The notes under the pieces are model-generated. The model had not been told where the DNA came from. It did no database searches and saw only the letters and a program-made list of their open reading frames with translations. From assembly GCA_038143065.1 (NCBI GenBank), contig JAYQLI010000035.1, forward strand, positions 2,496,894 through 2,560,893: 64,000 bases of DNA. The letters are read 5' to 3'. A program made the position numbers and the translations under genes. The stretch is from Rhodospirillales bacterium (GTDB lineage: Bacteria > Pseudomonadota > Alphaproteobacteria > Bin95). The first letter of the stretch is position 1; each line of letters starts with the position of its first letter. This document shows positions 1 to 9,598 of the stretch, piece after piece.

Positions 1-520
1 GGTCGCTTACAAGGCCAGTGATACCAGCAAAGCGAATTGCGCCATTTGGGTGATCTATGAGGCGTGCATTACGCATTAGTTCTGGGGTTTTATGCCCACA
101 AATAAAAATTGGCATGCCAGCAAGATCTTCTGGTTCCAGAAAAAGATTTCTAAACCTAACTATCCCATCAGGTTCTTTAGATGGTCTAGCAAGGTCAGTT
201 GGTCCTTCAGTTCTAACACCCAAAGCTTCAATTTTTGTTTTAACTGCATCTGCGTCTGAGGTTCCAAGAGCAAGTCTATGTAGGCCTTCCCCTCTGGATT
301 TTAGTTTCTGCTGTAGGCCCCCGTCTGGGTACTCTGGTTGATTGATTCCTAAGAGCTCCAGGTATGTATCTTGAAACATCAGGCAGTAGTTTGCTGTCGC
401 ACGGTTTACATGATCACCTAGCGGCGCCGCCGTGAAGCCTAATTTCTCATAGATCCCGCGAGCTTTTTCCAAGTCATGGACAGCAATAATGCAATGATCT
501 AGGCCTATAACTGGGTTCAT
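1..520 (-). CDS. VOC/glyoxalase-like family protein (runs off the window start)
   Basis: Not in the ORF track. Hand translation from ATG at 520 gives MNPVIGLDHCIIAVHDLEKARGIYEKLGFTAAPLGDHVNRATANYCLMFQDTYLELLG, the typical 'LDH..IAV.DL....Y..LGF...G.H...T.N....F...YLEL' pattern. Confidence 0.8.
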   Translation of the reverse strand, partial: MNPVIGLDHCIIAVHDLEKARGIYEKLGFTAAPLGDHVNRATANYCLMFQDTYLELLGINQPEYPDGGLQQKLKSRGEGLHRLALGTSDADAVKTKIEALGVRTEGPTDLARPSKEPDGIVRFRNLFLEPEDLAGMPIFICGHKTPELMRNARLIDHPNGAIRFAGITGLVSD

Positions 521-533
521 ATACGGTCTCCGA

Positions 534-2651
534 TCATTCCTTCAAAATGGTTTCCATCACTCGCTCTCGGGTAAGAGGCATATCAATGATTGGTTCGCCA
601 AGTGCGTGCGCGACGGCATTCAATATGGCCGCTGCCGTAGGCCCAACAGTGCACTCGCCAACGCCAAGGGCTATGTCGTTTGGACGAGAAATTAGCTCTA
701 AATTGATCTCTGGTACATCTGAGAAACGCAAAATTGGATAACTATCCCAATCAGTAGAAACTATTCCAGCTCCCTCGATCTTTACTTCCTCTTTCAAGGC
801 CCAACTTGCTCCTTGGACACATCCCCTTCAAGTTGGTTCAATATACCATCAGGATTGATAGCCAGGCCGGCATCAGCGACAGCCCAAATTTGTTCGAGAC
901 GGATCTCTTCTTCTACTGTGACGGCAACAGCAACACCTGCCATTGCGGCAATGTTTTTGTAGCGAGAATAGGCAATCCCTAGGCCTTTTCCTGTGCCGCT
1001 TGCACCTCTTTTAGACCAATCACACAGCTCTGATGTTCTCTGCAGCACTGAGCGAGCTCGATCATCATCGAGGAGAGATAGGCGGTATTCCACGGGATCT
1101 TTTCCTGCTTCCAGAGCAGCAAGATCCATCATACGTTCAATGGCGCAGACGTTGGGTAGCGCTCAAGGCCTCTCAGTGCGGAAGTGCGCACCGCTGGCTC
1201 ACGGATTAAATGATGGTGGATATGTGTTTGTCCCACCTTATATGCGGGGAACGCATTTCGTGGCCCGCCATATCCTCGTTCGGGTGGTGGATCAGCTGGG
1301 TCACCCTCTGGTGCTACAGCGCCAAGAGATTTAGCTCCAAGCATGACAACGCCGGGCGCGCCCGGCCTCTGGACATGAACTGGACTCCAGATGTTAGTTG
1401 TCCAATCTGTTGGATTTCCGTTAGCATCCAAGATAGTCTCAATATCAACTTGCATTGCAGGGCCAACCGGCTCAAACGCAAATTCTTCGTCGCGCTTCCA
1501 TTGCATGCGGATCCAGGTGTTAGGAATTTCAAGAGCTACGATAGCTGCATCAAGCGCTGCATCATCCGCTCCATTATGTCCGTAGCAGCCTGGACCGTCA
1601 GCATGACGAGCATGAATAGAATTCTCGTCAATACTCAGTGCTAGAGCCAAATTTCTGCGAAGAGGGTGCATCCCTTGGCCATGAGACCATATATCTAATT
1701 TTTTATTTTCCCAGCGCGCTAAAGCCACGGAGGGGCCAAGAGAAGCATGAGCAACATATGGCCTTGTAACAGTAACTTTTAACTTTTTACCGGGAGTTGA
1801 AGCAGCAGTTACTTGGTCACCATAAAAATTTTTAACGGCGTCTTGTCCTGGTAGGTTACGGGCATCTGCTGCGCCTTTGGAGATATTGCTTACACCACTC
1901 CATACTGCATGCTGGTAAGCAGCCCGTGCTGCTTTTTCAGCAAGCCATTCTTCATCTGCAATTAAGGCTATGAAATTGCCTTTACGAAGGATTTGAATGT
2001 CACCACCAGCTGCACGCTTAATAGCCTCTTCGTCTAAGTATGATAACTGAGCTTCAGGAGAAGGCTGTCTAAGCATGCGGGCATGCAACAAATTTTTTTC
2101 TGAGATGTCGTGAATAAAACCACTGCCCATTACCTTTTTACCAAGGTCATCACGAGGCGTATTTTTTCCTACAATCTTGTACGAGCTCGTTGTTTTATGG
2201 GGAAAACAAGCCGTTGCTTTGCGTTCCCAATCAATTTCATCTGCTACGTCCCAATAGTCGACACCAGTCACTTCCTGGTTTTTTAAAAATTCACCATTTG
2301 AAATTTCTAAATCTTCCGGGGCACAATTAAGTCTCAAGGCGGCCCGCTCCGTTAGTAGGGCTCTTGCTTCTGAAGTTACAGCTCTGATTGCAGCACCGGA
2401 AGCCATGATGGAAAGACTAGAGGTCGTATAATTTTCATCAGGCCCAATCTCTGTATCGCCTGATGCCAAAGACAATTTAGATAGGTCTATGTCTAATTCT
2501 TCAGCCGCTATTTGCCGAAGGGCAGTTACAATCCCTGTCCAATTTCAACTTTACCTGAAGCAACACGCACGGTTTTGTTTGGTAGAAAGGCAATCCAGCG
2601 GTTGAGCGATGGATTTGCTGCTAGGCTTGCAGGTAATTTTGGCAGACTCAT
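534..2651 (-). CDS. Xanthine dehydrogenase family molybdopterin-binding subunit (IorB/NicB-like), split by about 3 frameshifts
   Basis: N-term MSLPKLPASLAANPSLNRWIAF..SGKVEIGQG, then ORFs 1129-2475 (GCYGHNGADD), 794-1132 (DAGLAINPDGILNQLEG) and 534-797 (YPILRFSDVP..GVGE). ATG overlaps the stop of the 2Fe-2S gene. Confidence 0.85.
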
Positions 2652-3118
2652 GACATTAATTCCGCGGCACGCTGTATGGCGCGAATAATCCTATTATGGA
2701 CACCACATCTGCAAAGATGTTTATCAAGAGCCTCTACAATCTCAGCACGGGTTGGATGACTGTTTTTCGAGAGAAGCGACTTTGCCGTTATTATCATGCC
2801 TGATAGGCAATAGCCGCATTGGCCAGCTTGCGCCTCCACGAACGCCTGTTGAATAGGGTGAAGGCCATCAACGCTAGCTAGGCCTTCTACTGTTTCAACT
2901 GACTTGCCAGCTACCGATTGGGTCAACAATGTACAAGAGTACTGTTCGACCCCATCAACAAGCACCATGCAGCACCCGCACTGCTCAAGGCCACAGCCAT
3001 ATCGCACACTTTTGGCATTACAATCATTTCGGAGGGCGTAGATTAAGGGGCGATCTGGATCAGTTACTTCGACTTCTTTCCCGTTGAGTGTAAAGCAAAC
3101 GTTATCCAATGCATTCAC
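2648..3118 (-). CDS. (2Fe-2S)-binding small subunit of a Mo-hydroxylase (IorA/CoxS-like)
   Basis: GCGLEQCGCC, QCGYC and LCRCG motifs. Confidence 0.93.
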   Translation of the reverse strand: MNALDNVCFTLNGKEVEVTDPDRPLIYALRNDCNAKSVRYGCGLEQCGCCMVLVDGVEQYSCTLLTQSVAGKSVETVEGLASVDGLHPIQQAFVEAQAGQCGYCLSGMIITAKSLLSKNSHPTRAEIVEALDKHLCRCGVHNRIIRAIQRAAELMS

Positions 3119-4224
3119 TCCGCGGCCTCAGGTAAATTTACTGGGGAAGGCATCTTGGTTGGATTGATTTCAGCTAATGGCTTTCCAAAGTGCTTTTCAA
3201 TCATAGGAACAACTTTGGTCTGAAATTGGGTCATGCTGCTCATTACATCCTTACTCGGCACATCACCTACGGCAAAGTAAATATTCATATGGCTGGGTCG
3301 ATATAATTGGATTTCATCGCAAAGACGCTCTGCAACTTCTTCAGCGCTTCCCGCCACAAGATTACGGCCAATTTCATCGATTGAGGGTTCGTCAGGAAAA
3401 GCTTCTTCCTCCACCATGTAATCGTCAACCATATGCTCTCGTCTATGCCTAAGTGACTGAGCCAGACGGCGCTGAAAACGAGCTCCGTCTATGTACCGTT
3501 CGATCGTAGCCTTATTGTCGGATACGCAAACAAAACGAAGTACGCCAAGAGGTGTTTCCGCTGGGTCTTTGCCTTCTTCTAAAAAACAAGCATCAACTTG
3601 ATCTCGCATTTTTTTGATAGAAGCAGCACTTCCTACCCCGCCAGAGATAAAGGGAATAAATCCGTCTCGGGCACATCGTCTATGGCTGTTTGGATCAGCT
3701 CCTGCAATCCATATTGGTGGGCGAGGGGTCTGTGCAGATCGCACGTTTATTGCTGTATCAGGTATATTAAATTCACTGCCACTGTAGCGGAAAGTTGGCT
3801 GGCGTAAGCCTCGATCTACAATGTCCAGCATTTCATGGAACATTTCCTTATTTTTAGAAATATCCGCATTCAAACGCTCGAATTCATAATGTTGATATCC
3901 GCTGCCTACCCCAACATCGAGCCGTCCGCCTGACAAGGCATCAACTTGGGCTATTTCCGCAATTAAACGAGCTGGTGTATGCAAGGGAAGAATAAGAACG
4001 GCGCAACCTACTCGAACCCTTTGTGTTATAGCTGCAGCATGGGTGCAGAAAATTAGAGGTGAGGGACAAAGGCTGTAGTTGGAGAAATGGTGTTCGGCAA
4101 ACCAGACTCGTGAATAGCCGAGATCCTCAGCTAGTCTGACATGGTCCATCGCTTCATTAATTACTTGGTGAGGTGATATGGACCGATCACGATGCTGTAG
4201 AAGATTGAAAACACCAAAGTCCAT
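3115..4224 (-). CDS. LLM-class (luciferase-like) flavin-dependent oxidoreductase
   Basis: AEDLGYSRVWFAEHHF, LSGGRLDVGVGSGY, PPIWIAG motifs. Confidence 0.92.
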   Translation of the reverse strand: MDFGVFNLLQHRDRSISPHQVINEAMDHVRLAEDLGYSRVWFAEHHFSNYSLCPSPLIFCTHAAAITQRVRVGCAVLILPLHTPARLIAEIAQVDALSGGRLDVGVGSGYQHYEFERLNADISKNKEMFHEMLDIVDRGLRQPTFRYSGSEFNIPDTAINVRSAQTPRPPIWIAGADPNSHRRCARDGFIPFISGGVGSAASIKKMRDQVDACFLEEGKDPAETPLGVLRFVCVSDNKATIERYIDGARFQRRLAQSLRHRREHMVDDYMVEEEAFPDEPSIDEIGRNLVAGSAEEVAERLCDEIQLYRPSHMNIYFAVGDVPSKDVMSSMTQFQTKVVPMIEKHFGKPLAEINPTKMPSPVNLPEAAE

Positions 4225-4303
4225 TGAGTATCTCCCTAAAAATTAAGCAAGCTTAACCAATGAAAGATAGATGTCTGACGATTGGTTGGGCGTAGTGTAA
4301 AAG

Positions 4304-5509
4304 TTATTGTTGATGCTCGGGCACATTAATCCCTAAAAGTCGTGCGGCGTTAAGGCCAAGAATTTTAGCCCGCGCTGTATCTGATAAACGTGGCATGGTG
4401 CGTTCGATTGCCTCCGCTGAATGAGGCCAGGTCCCTTCATGGTGGGGGTAATCGTTCGCCCACATGAAGTTATCTGCGAGGTCATATTGTTCTGCTAAGG
4501 CAAGACCTGCTGGATCTTCCTGGAACGTTGAAAATCCGTGAGCCCGATAGTAATCGCTGGGTAAACCTTGGAGCTTAGGACGGACCCACATATGGTGTTT
4601 GCGATATGCTTCATCCATCGCATCTAGCAGCCATGGAACCCATCCTATTCCAGCTTCCACAGTCGCAAATTTGAGATTTGGGAAACGCTCTAACACCCCT
4701 GATGCACAGAGGTTTGCGACGGGTTCAATGGTCGGCGAAAGTGAGTGACTAACGTAATTAATAACAGCACCACCATTACCCCTTGCTGCTCTAGGGTCTC
4801 GGCCGGTCGAAACATGGAAAGTCATTGGCATTCCAGTCTCTTGTATGAGTGCATACATTGGATCGAAATGAGGCAAATTGTAGTTCACGTGATCGATATC
4901 ATGACCGCCCCACATCGGCTTACATGGCAGGCTAAGGATTTTGTATCCCATCTTGGCGGTTCGCTCGATTTCAGCCATCGCACCATCAATGTCACCGGTA
5001 GCTATTGAAGCTACTGGAACCATGGCATCACCATAGCTAGAGAATTGTTCCCAAGCCCAGTCATTCCAGACTCGACACATTGCATTAGCAAAGACAGGGT
5101 CAGGCGTTGCCCACATTGCCAAACCCTTGTTGGGGAAAATGATTTCTACATCGATGCCATCTTTTTTGTTGTCGGCATGACGCTGGGCAGGATCAGCGCC
5201 AGCTTGGCTTCTAACCCAATCCTCACCTTCAAAGGACATCACTCGGACTCGATCGGGTCGATATCCTTCACAGTAACGCCATTGCACGCCCTTTTCATCC
5301 ACTACAATACGGGGAGCGCGTTCCTTGTAGACGTCGGGAAGTCTTTTGGCCCACAGGTCTGGTGGCTCATTGGCATGACAATCTGTTGAAACCATAAAAT
5401 ATTTTTTAGGGTCTTCTACCCGAGCAGTTCGCTCCCAGTCTTCTGCCCCTGGTGTTTCCAGTCGCCAAAGATTTTCATCATTAATCTGAACAGATTGAGC
5501 ATTATCCAT
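4304..5509 (-). CDS. Amidohydrolase superfamily protein (Amidohydro_2/COG2159-like)
   Basis: STDCH, FHV, GVLERFPNLKFATVEAGIGW, WANDYPHHEGTWP. Start moved to ATG 5509 because GGAGG lies just upstream. Confidence 0.88.
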   Translation of the reverse strand: MDNAQSVQINDENLWRLETPGAEDWERTARVEDPKKYFMVSTDCHANEPPDLWAKRLPDVYKERAPRIVVDEKGVQWRYCEGYRPDRVRVMSFEGEDWVRSQAGADPAQRHADNKKDGIDVEIIFPNKGLAMWATPDPVFANAMCRVWNDWAWEQFSSYGDAMVPVASIATGDIDGAMAEIERTAKMGYKILSLPCKPMWGGHDIDHVNYNLPHFDPMYALIQETGMPMTFHVSTGRDPRAARGNGGAVINYVSHSLSPTIEPVANLCASGVLERFPNLKFATVEAGIGWVPWLLDAMDEAYRKHHMWVRPKLQGLPSDYYRAHGFSTFQEDPAGLALAEQYDLADNFMWANDYPHHEGTWPHSAEAIERTMPRLSDTARAKILGLNAARLLGINVPEHQQ

Positions 5510-5532
5510 TTTTAAGGCCTCCATTTTAGTGG

Positions 5533-5973
5533 CTATATGAGTTTCCACTGTGCGAGTGTGTGGGGCGGGTCCGTATCGAGGTGATGTTCAAAAGCAATTT
5601 CAACGTGCGCGCCAATTTCGACTTCTTGCTCCGGGCTTCCCAGTAAATTTCCAATCATTCGGATATTTCCGACGTGCGGTAGTTCGACCAGAACGATCAG
5701 ATACGGTCCAAAACCTTTCAAGGCAGAATGCACAGGGTGCCAGGGTCGTTCCCAACTATAAATTTGCCCCTTTCCATCAATTTCTTGCCAGTCAAGTTCA
5801 AAGGAGTGGCAGGCGTGGCAAATCCATTCTGGCCCCCAAATCCAGGTGTTACAGCCTTTGCATCGTTGCACCATGAGGCGCTCTTGCATAAGGCCATCCC
5901 AGTAGGGTTTGGAGAGATTGTCGTTTTCTGGAATTGGGATCGGAAGTCCTTCTGGAAGGTATCTAGCACTCAT
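5533..5973 (-). CDS. DUF35 Zn-ribbon/OB-fold protein (acyl-CoA-binding partner of thiolase-like proteins)
   Basis: PYWDGL..QRCKGC...P...CHAC..G.IYSW pattern; immediately downstream of the thiolase-like gene. Confidence 0.9.
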   Translation of the reverse strand: MSARYLPEGLPIPIPENDNLSKPYWDGLMQERLMVQRCKGCNTWIWGPEWICHACHSFELDWQEIDGKGQIYSWERPWHPVHSALKGFGPYLIVLVELPHVGNIRMIGNLLGSPEQEVEIGAHVEIAFEHHLDTDPPHTLAQWKLI

Positions 5974-5987
5974 ACCGTTGCCTCCGA

Positions 5988-7151
5988 TCAAAAAATACAA
6001 TTCGAGACTGGAGTGACCATGGGGCCTGCTATAACCATAGAGACGTCTGGATCCTTCACTTGTGATGTTGAAGTTCCCCGTAATTGTCTCACAGCCTCAA
6101 TTTGTAGCTCCAACCCATGCATGTAACATTCGGCAAGATTACCTCCTGAGGTGTTTAAAGGTAGTGCGCCGTCTGGAGCATAAAATGTTTCAGGTTTAAA
6201 GAAGTCATTCACTTCATCTGGGTCGCAGAATCCATGCTCAACAATGCTCATCATTACGCCACCTGTGAAGTTTTCATAGGATTGTAAAACATCCACATCA
6301 GCTGGCGTGACCCCAGCCATTTCAAAAAGCCTAGGTGCAACACTCGAAAAATTTGCACTGGCGTAGTTTGGGTGATTATGGCTTGGTGCGGCGCACCGAT
6401 GATCTGATCCCCCTGCAGCTCCCAAGATGAAGCTAGGCTTGTGACGAATGTCTTTAGCTCGATCAGCGGGTAAAATGATGATAGCTGCAGCTCCATCATT
6501 TTCCTGGCAGCAATCAAATAGGCGCCATGGTTCTACTATCCACCGTGAAGCGTCATAGTCAGCTTCAGTTAGAGGGCGACCGTACATGACAGCACGTTGG
6601 TTTGCTTGAGCATGTCGGTAGGAGGCCAGGGAAATAGCTCGCATTGCTTCGTAATTGACGTCGTGATCATGCATAAAACGCATGCATTTCATGGCATAGC
6701 GCTGAGCAGGTGACATCAAGCCATACGGTGCTTGCATCGCCATATCACCCGAAATTGTTTTGACTGGCTGGCCTTGGCCAAAGCGCGCAAATTGTCCTTG
6801 TGCAAGTGCGCGGAACACAACGACGCAGTCTGCAAGTCCTGTTGCTACCGCTGCTGCCGCATTACCGATAGCTGCTGCACCACCTCCACCGCCACCACCC
6901 CATTGCATGTTGGAGAAGCGTAACTCTTTTGTACCGAGGGCTGCAGCTAGCCTAGAAGGATCGTTTCTGTCATTTGAATATGATGCAAAGCCATCGATAT
7001 CTTTGGGGTTGATGCCAGCATCTTCTGCTGCAGCTAGGATCGCTTTCAGGGCAAGTTTAAATTCTGCATCTGGTGAATTGCCATGTTTATAATAAGTGGT
7101 TTCACCAACTCCTGCTATCATGGCTTTGCCCCGGAGGCTTCGTGTTGCCAT
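5988..7151 (-). CDS. SCP-x/Ltp2-type thiolase-like protein (probable aldolase)
   Basis: AMIAGVGET, LFDCCQENDGAAA, YENFT, LNTSGGNLAECYMHG, AVRQLRG. Reading through the TGA at 5988 would give ..IF(G)SEATV* with an ATGA overlap onto DUF35 at 5970-5973. Confidence 0.88.
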   Translation of the reverse strand: MATRSLRGKAMIAGVGETTYYKHGNSPDAEFKLALKAILAAAEDAGINPKDIDGFASYSNDRNDPSRLAAALGTKELRFSNMQWGGGGGGGAAAIGNAAAAVATGLADCVVVFRALAQGQFARFGQGQPVKTISGDMAMQAPYGLMSPAQRYAMKCMRFMHDHDVNYEAMRAISLASYRHAQANQRAVMYGRPLTEADYDASRWIVEPWRLFDCCQENDGAAAIIILPADRAKDIRHKPSFILGAAGGSDHRCAAPSHNHPNYASANFSSVAPRLFEMAGVTPADVDVLQSYENFTGGVMMSIVEHGFCDPDEVNDFFKPETFYAPDGALPLNTSGGNLAECYMHGLELQIEAVRQLRGTSTSQVKDPDVSMVIAGPMVTPVSNCIF

Positions 7152-7325
7152 ACTCTTTTCCTTTATCTACTTGGAAAAGTTAAAGGGCTTTTAAGCTGGT
7201 CGTCTAGTCTTAACGCTAGTTTAAGGAGCTTATCTTGCGGTGTAGAAAGAATTGGCAAATTGGTTTTTTTAGTTCCTGAAGAAGACTTAACAGCTTTTAG
7301 GCGTAATCATTTCATCGCACTGCAG

Positions 7326-8162
7326 TTATTTCGAAAAGCGATTTAGAACTGGTAAAATATATTCTCGAAATGCGGCGGGGTTTTCTGACATAGGAAAATG
7401 TCCCATGCCTTTCATCTCGATGGCCTCTGCGCCAGGGATGGCTGCCGCTGTTCTTCGGCCATCCTCCGGTGTGCAAGAATAATCATACTCCCCAGTCATC
7501 AAGATGAGGGGGCATGGGGAGGAACTTTTTGCATCTGCCTCGAACTCAGAGTCCGTTCGAAAAAAATGCATATCTCCCTTAAATATGTTGGATCCACTCT
7601 GTCTGTAATGCCATAACGTTTCATTCCGGAATTCGGCAGGACTTGTAGGCGCAGCAAGACCAGATACTAGTGCCTCGCAGAAGTCACCTCTGGCAAAAAA
7701 ATCAGTATCGAGCCATGAGTTGTCCCACCAAGGAGATGGTCGGTTTGATCCTTCCAGTCCAATTGCTGCACGGAACTTCTGGCCGTGCAAGCAAGCAAGG
7801 CGTACGGCAACCCTTCCGCCCATGGAGCAGCCCATCACAATGGGTTTTTCCAAGGCAAGCGCATTAGAAAAAGCTAGAATTGTATCAACGTAAAATTCTG
7901 CCGTCAGCTTGTATTCCTTGGTCTCCCATCCGACTGGAGGATTGGATTTTCCATGCCAGGGAAGATCAAAGGCGATTACTCTGAAATTTTTTGATACATC
8001 AGGATCGCACATCAGATGACGAAATTGGCTTGCATGTGCGCCAGCGGTATGGAGGCATAGAAGCGGAATACCTTCACCAGCTTCCTCAAAATAAATGCGA
8101 TAGTCTTCGCCGGCAATTTTAAGCTTTATGTAGCGTCCAACGATGGGTTCAATTTCGGCCAT
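7326..8162 (-). CDS. Alpha/beta hydrolase
   Basis: LHTAG oxyanion region, GCSMGG nucleophile elbow, TGEYD, GHFPMSENP. Confidence 0.88.
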   Translation of the reverse strand: MAEIEPIVGRYIKLKIAGEDYRIYFEEAGEGIPLLCLHTAGAHASQFRHLMCDPDVSKNFRVIAFDLPWHGKSNPPVGWETKEYKLTAEFYVDTILAFSNALALEKPIVMGCSMGGRVAVRLACLHGQKFRAAIGLEGSNRPSPWWDNSWLDTDFFARGDFCEALVSGLAAPTSPAEFRNETLWHYRQSGSNIFKGDMHFFRTDSEFEADAKSSSPCPLILMTGEYDYSCTPEDGRRTAAAIPGAEAIEMKGMGHFPMSENPAAFREYILPVLNRFSK

Positions 8163-8166
8163 ATTC

Positions 8167-8522
8167 CTAAACCTTCCGCAGTAGATCAAGAACAGCTTTG
8201 AAGTAAGCTAGATGTCCCAGGAGTACATTGATATCGCCTTCAATTCTCGCATTACCTGAGGCGGACATTGCAAAGATGTCATGGAAACCAGGTCTAGGAA
8301 TTGGACGCATAAATTCGGTCCATGTATCTTTTGTTGCTGCGATTACAAAGCTTGATCCTCGCATTTGAAAGGGCCCTTTTGCAACGCTGGTGATTTGTCC
8401 GTTCTCTACACAGAGTGAAATTGCTCATCATCTACCTGCAGCACAAATTTCGTTGTGCATCCGCGTCCAAGACGTTGAATATGGGCATTATTATTTACTT
8501 TTGATGCTAAGATTTCAAACAT
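8167..8522 (-). CDS. Small hypothetical protein (~118 aa, possible SCP2-like fold), one frameshift
   Basis: MFEILASKVNNN..FVLQVDDEQFH joined near 8405 to ENGQITSVAKGPFQMRGSSFVIAA..W..F.RP.PRPGFHDIFAM..RIEGD; tightly packed upstream of the hydrolase. Confidence 0.6.
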
Positions 8523-8527
8523 AGTAT

Positions 8528-9515
8528 CAAAGCATCCGCTCTTCGGGTCTGTACAAGGTGTAAGGGCGTTTCTCCTTTTATTGCACGAAGACAATTCTCG
8601 ACTGCACGCTGAACGACATTCTTCCTCCAAACACCGACGGACGCTGAATTGTGAGGAGAAGGGATCACATTTGGAAGATCTAAAAAGGATGTTTCATGGA
8701 AAATTTTCCATGTCGTATGGGCTCAATCCACCAAGCATCGATGCATGCACTGAAGTCAAGATTAGCCTTTAAATGCTCGTAAAGCGCTGTTTCGTTGATA
8801 ATTTCGCCTCTGGCAAGGTTAACAAGAATGGCATCAGATTTCATTGCCGCGAGGCGCGAGGCATCAATAAGATTTTCGGTTTCTTTAGTAAGTGGTAGAC
8901 TGAGTACCACCACATCAGATTTTTTCAAAAGTTCATCTAAGCGATCGATTTGGCCAATCCAGTCAAGGTAAATAGCTTGATCTGATGCTCCGCGGCGATT
9001 AACGGCAATAGTTTGCATTCCAATACCTTTAAAAGGCGCGCCATTGCCACTCCGATGCCTCCATAGCCGACGATTCCCGCTGTTCCGCCTAAAAACATCT
9101 TGTTGCGCGAGAATTGGTTAAATTCTCCTTCTTTCATTTTAGAGGCTTCAAACGCCAAGCGTTTACCGGCCGCTAAAGCCATCGCAAGGCCGTGTTCTGC
9201 CATCGGCTCTGCAAAGGCACCGCCATTTCCTGCAATAGGAAGATCACTGGGAAATTGTTTTAGGGGTAAAAAATCTACTCCAGAAGAATAAAACTGAAGT
9301 AGACGGCAGTTCTTATTAATACCTGACCCATCGTCCGGAAGGTCTGAAGGGCGACTGGCGAAGATCGCCGTGGCAGAACCCACTGCCTTGCGTTGGGCAT
9401 CAAGCTCAAGGTCCTTAAGAAAAACAATATCGGCGTCATCTCTAATTACCTGGCCAATAATCTGACGACGTTCCTCGGTTGCTTCAATGGCTACGACAAG
9501 GGATGGTTTAGGCAT
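8528..9515 (-). CDS. D-isomer-specific 2-hydroxyacid dehydrogenase, frameshifted (3' end approximate)
   Basis: EPMAEH, GIVGYGGIG, LPLTKETENLID, LVNLARG, and LDLPNVIPSPHN across three frames. Confidence 0.85.
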
Positions 9516-9598
9516 GGGAAATATCCAAATTTTTATACAAATACGAAAACTGACTAAAAGTACTTAGAGAAGACTGCCATTAAGAATCAAGCGGGTCT

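Noticed and set aside
5970-5990. Programmed stop-codon readthrough or selenocysteine at the thiolase TGA
   Set aside because: Lies in a non-catalytic C-terminal tail next to a T-run with no SECIS-like hairpin evident; a GGA->TGA error or neutral truncation is simpler
6880-6900. (GGT/GGC)n microsatellite-like tract
   Set aside because: Encodes the poly-Gly loop of the thiolase-like protein with mixed codons; not a contingency repeat
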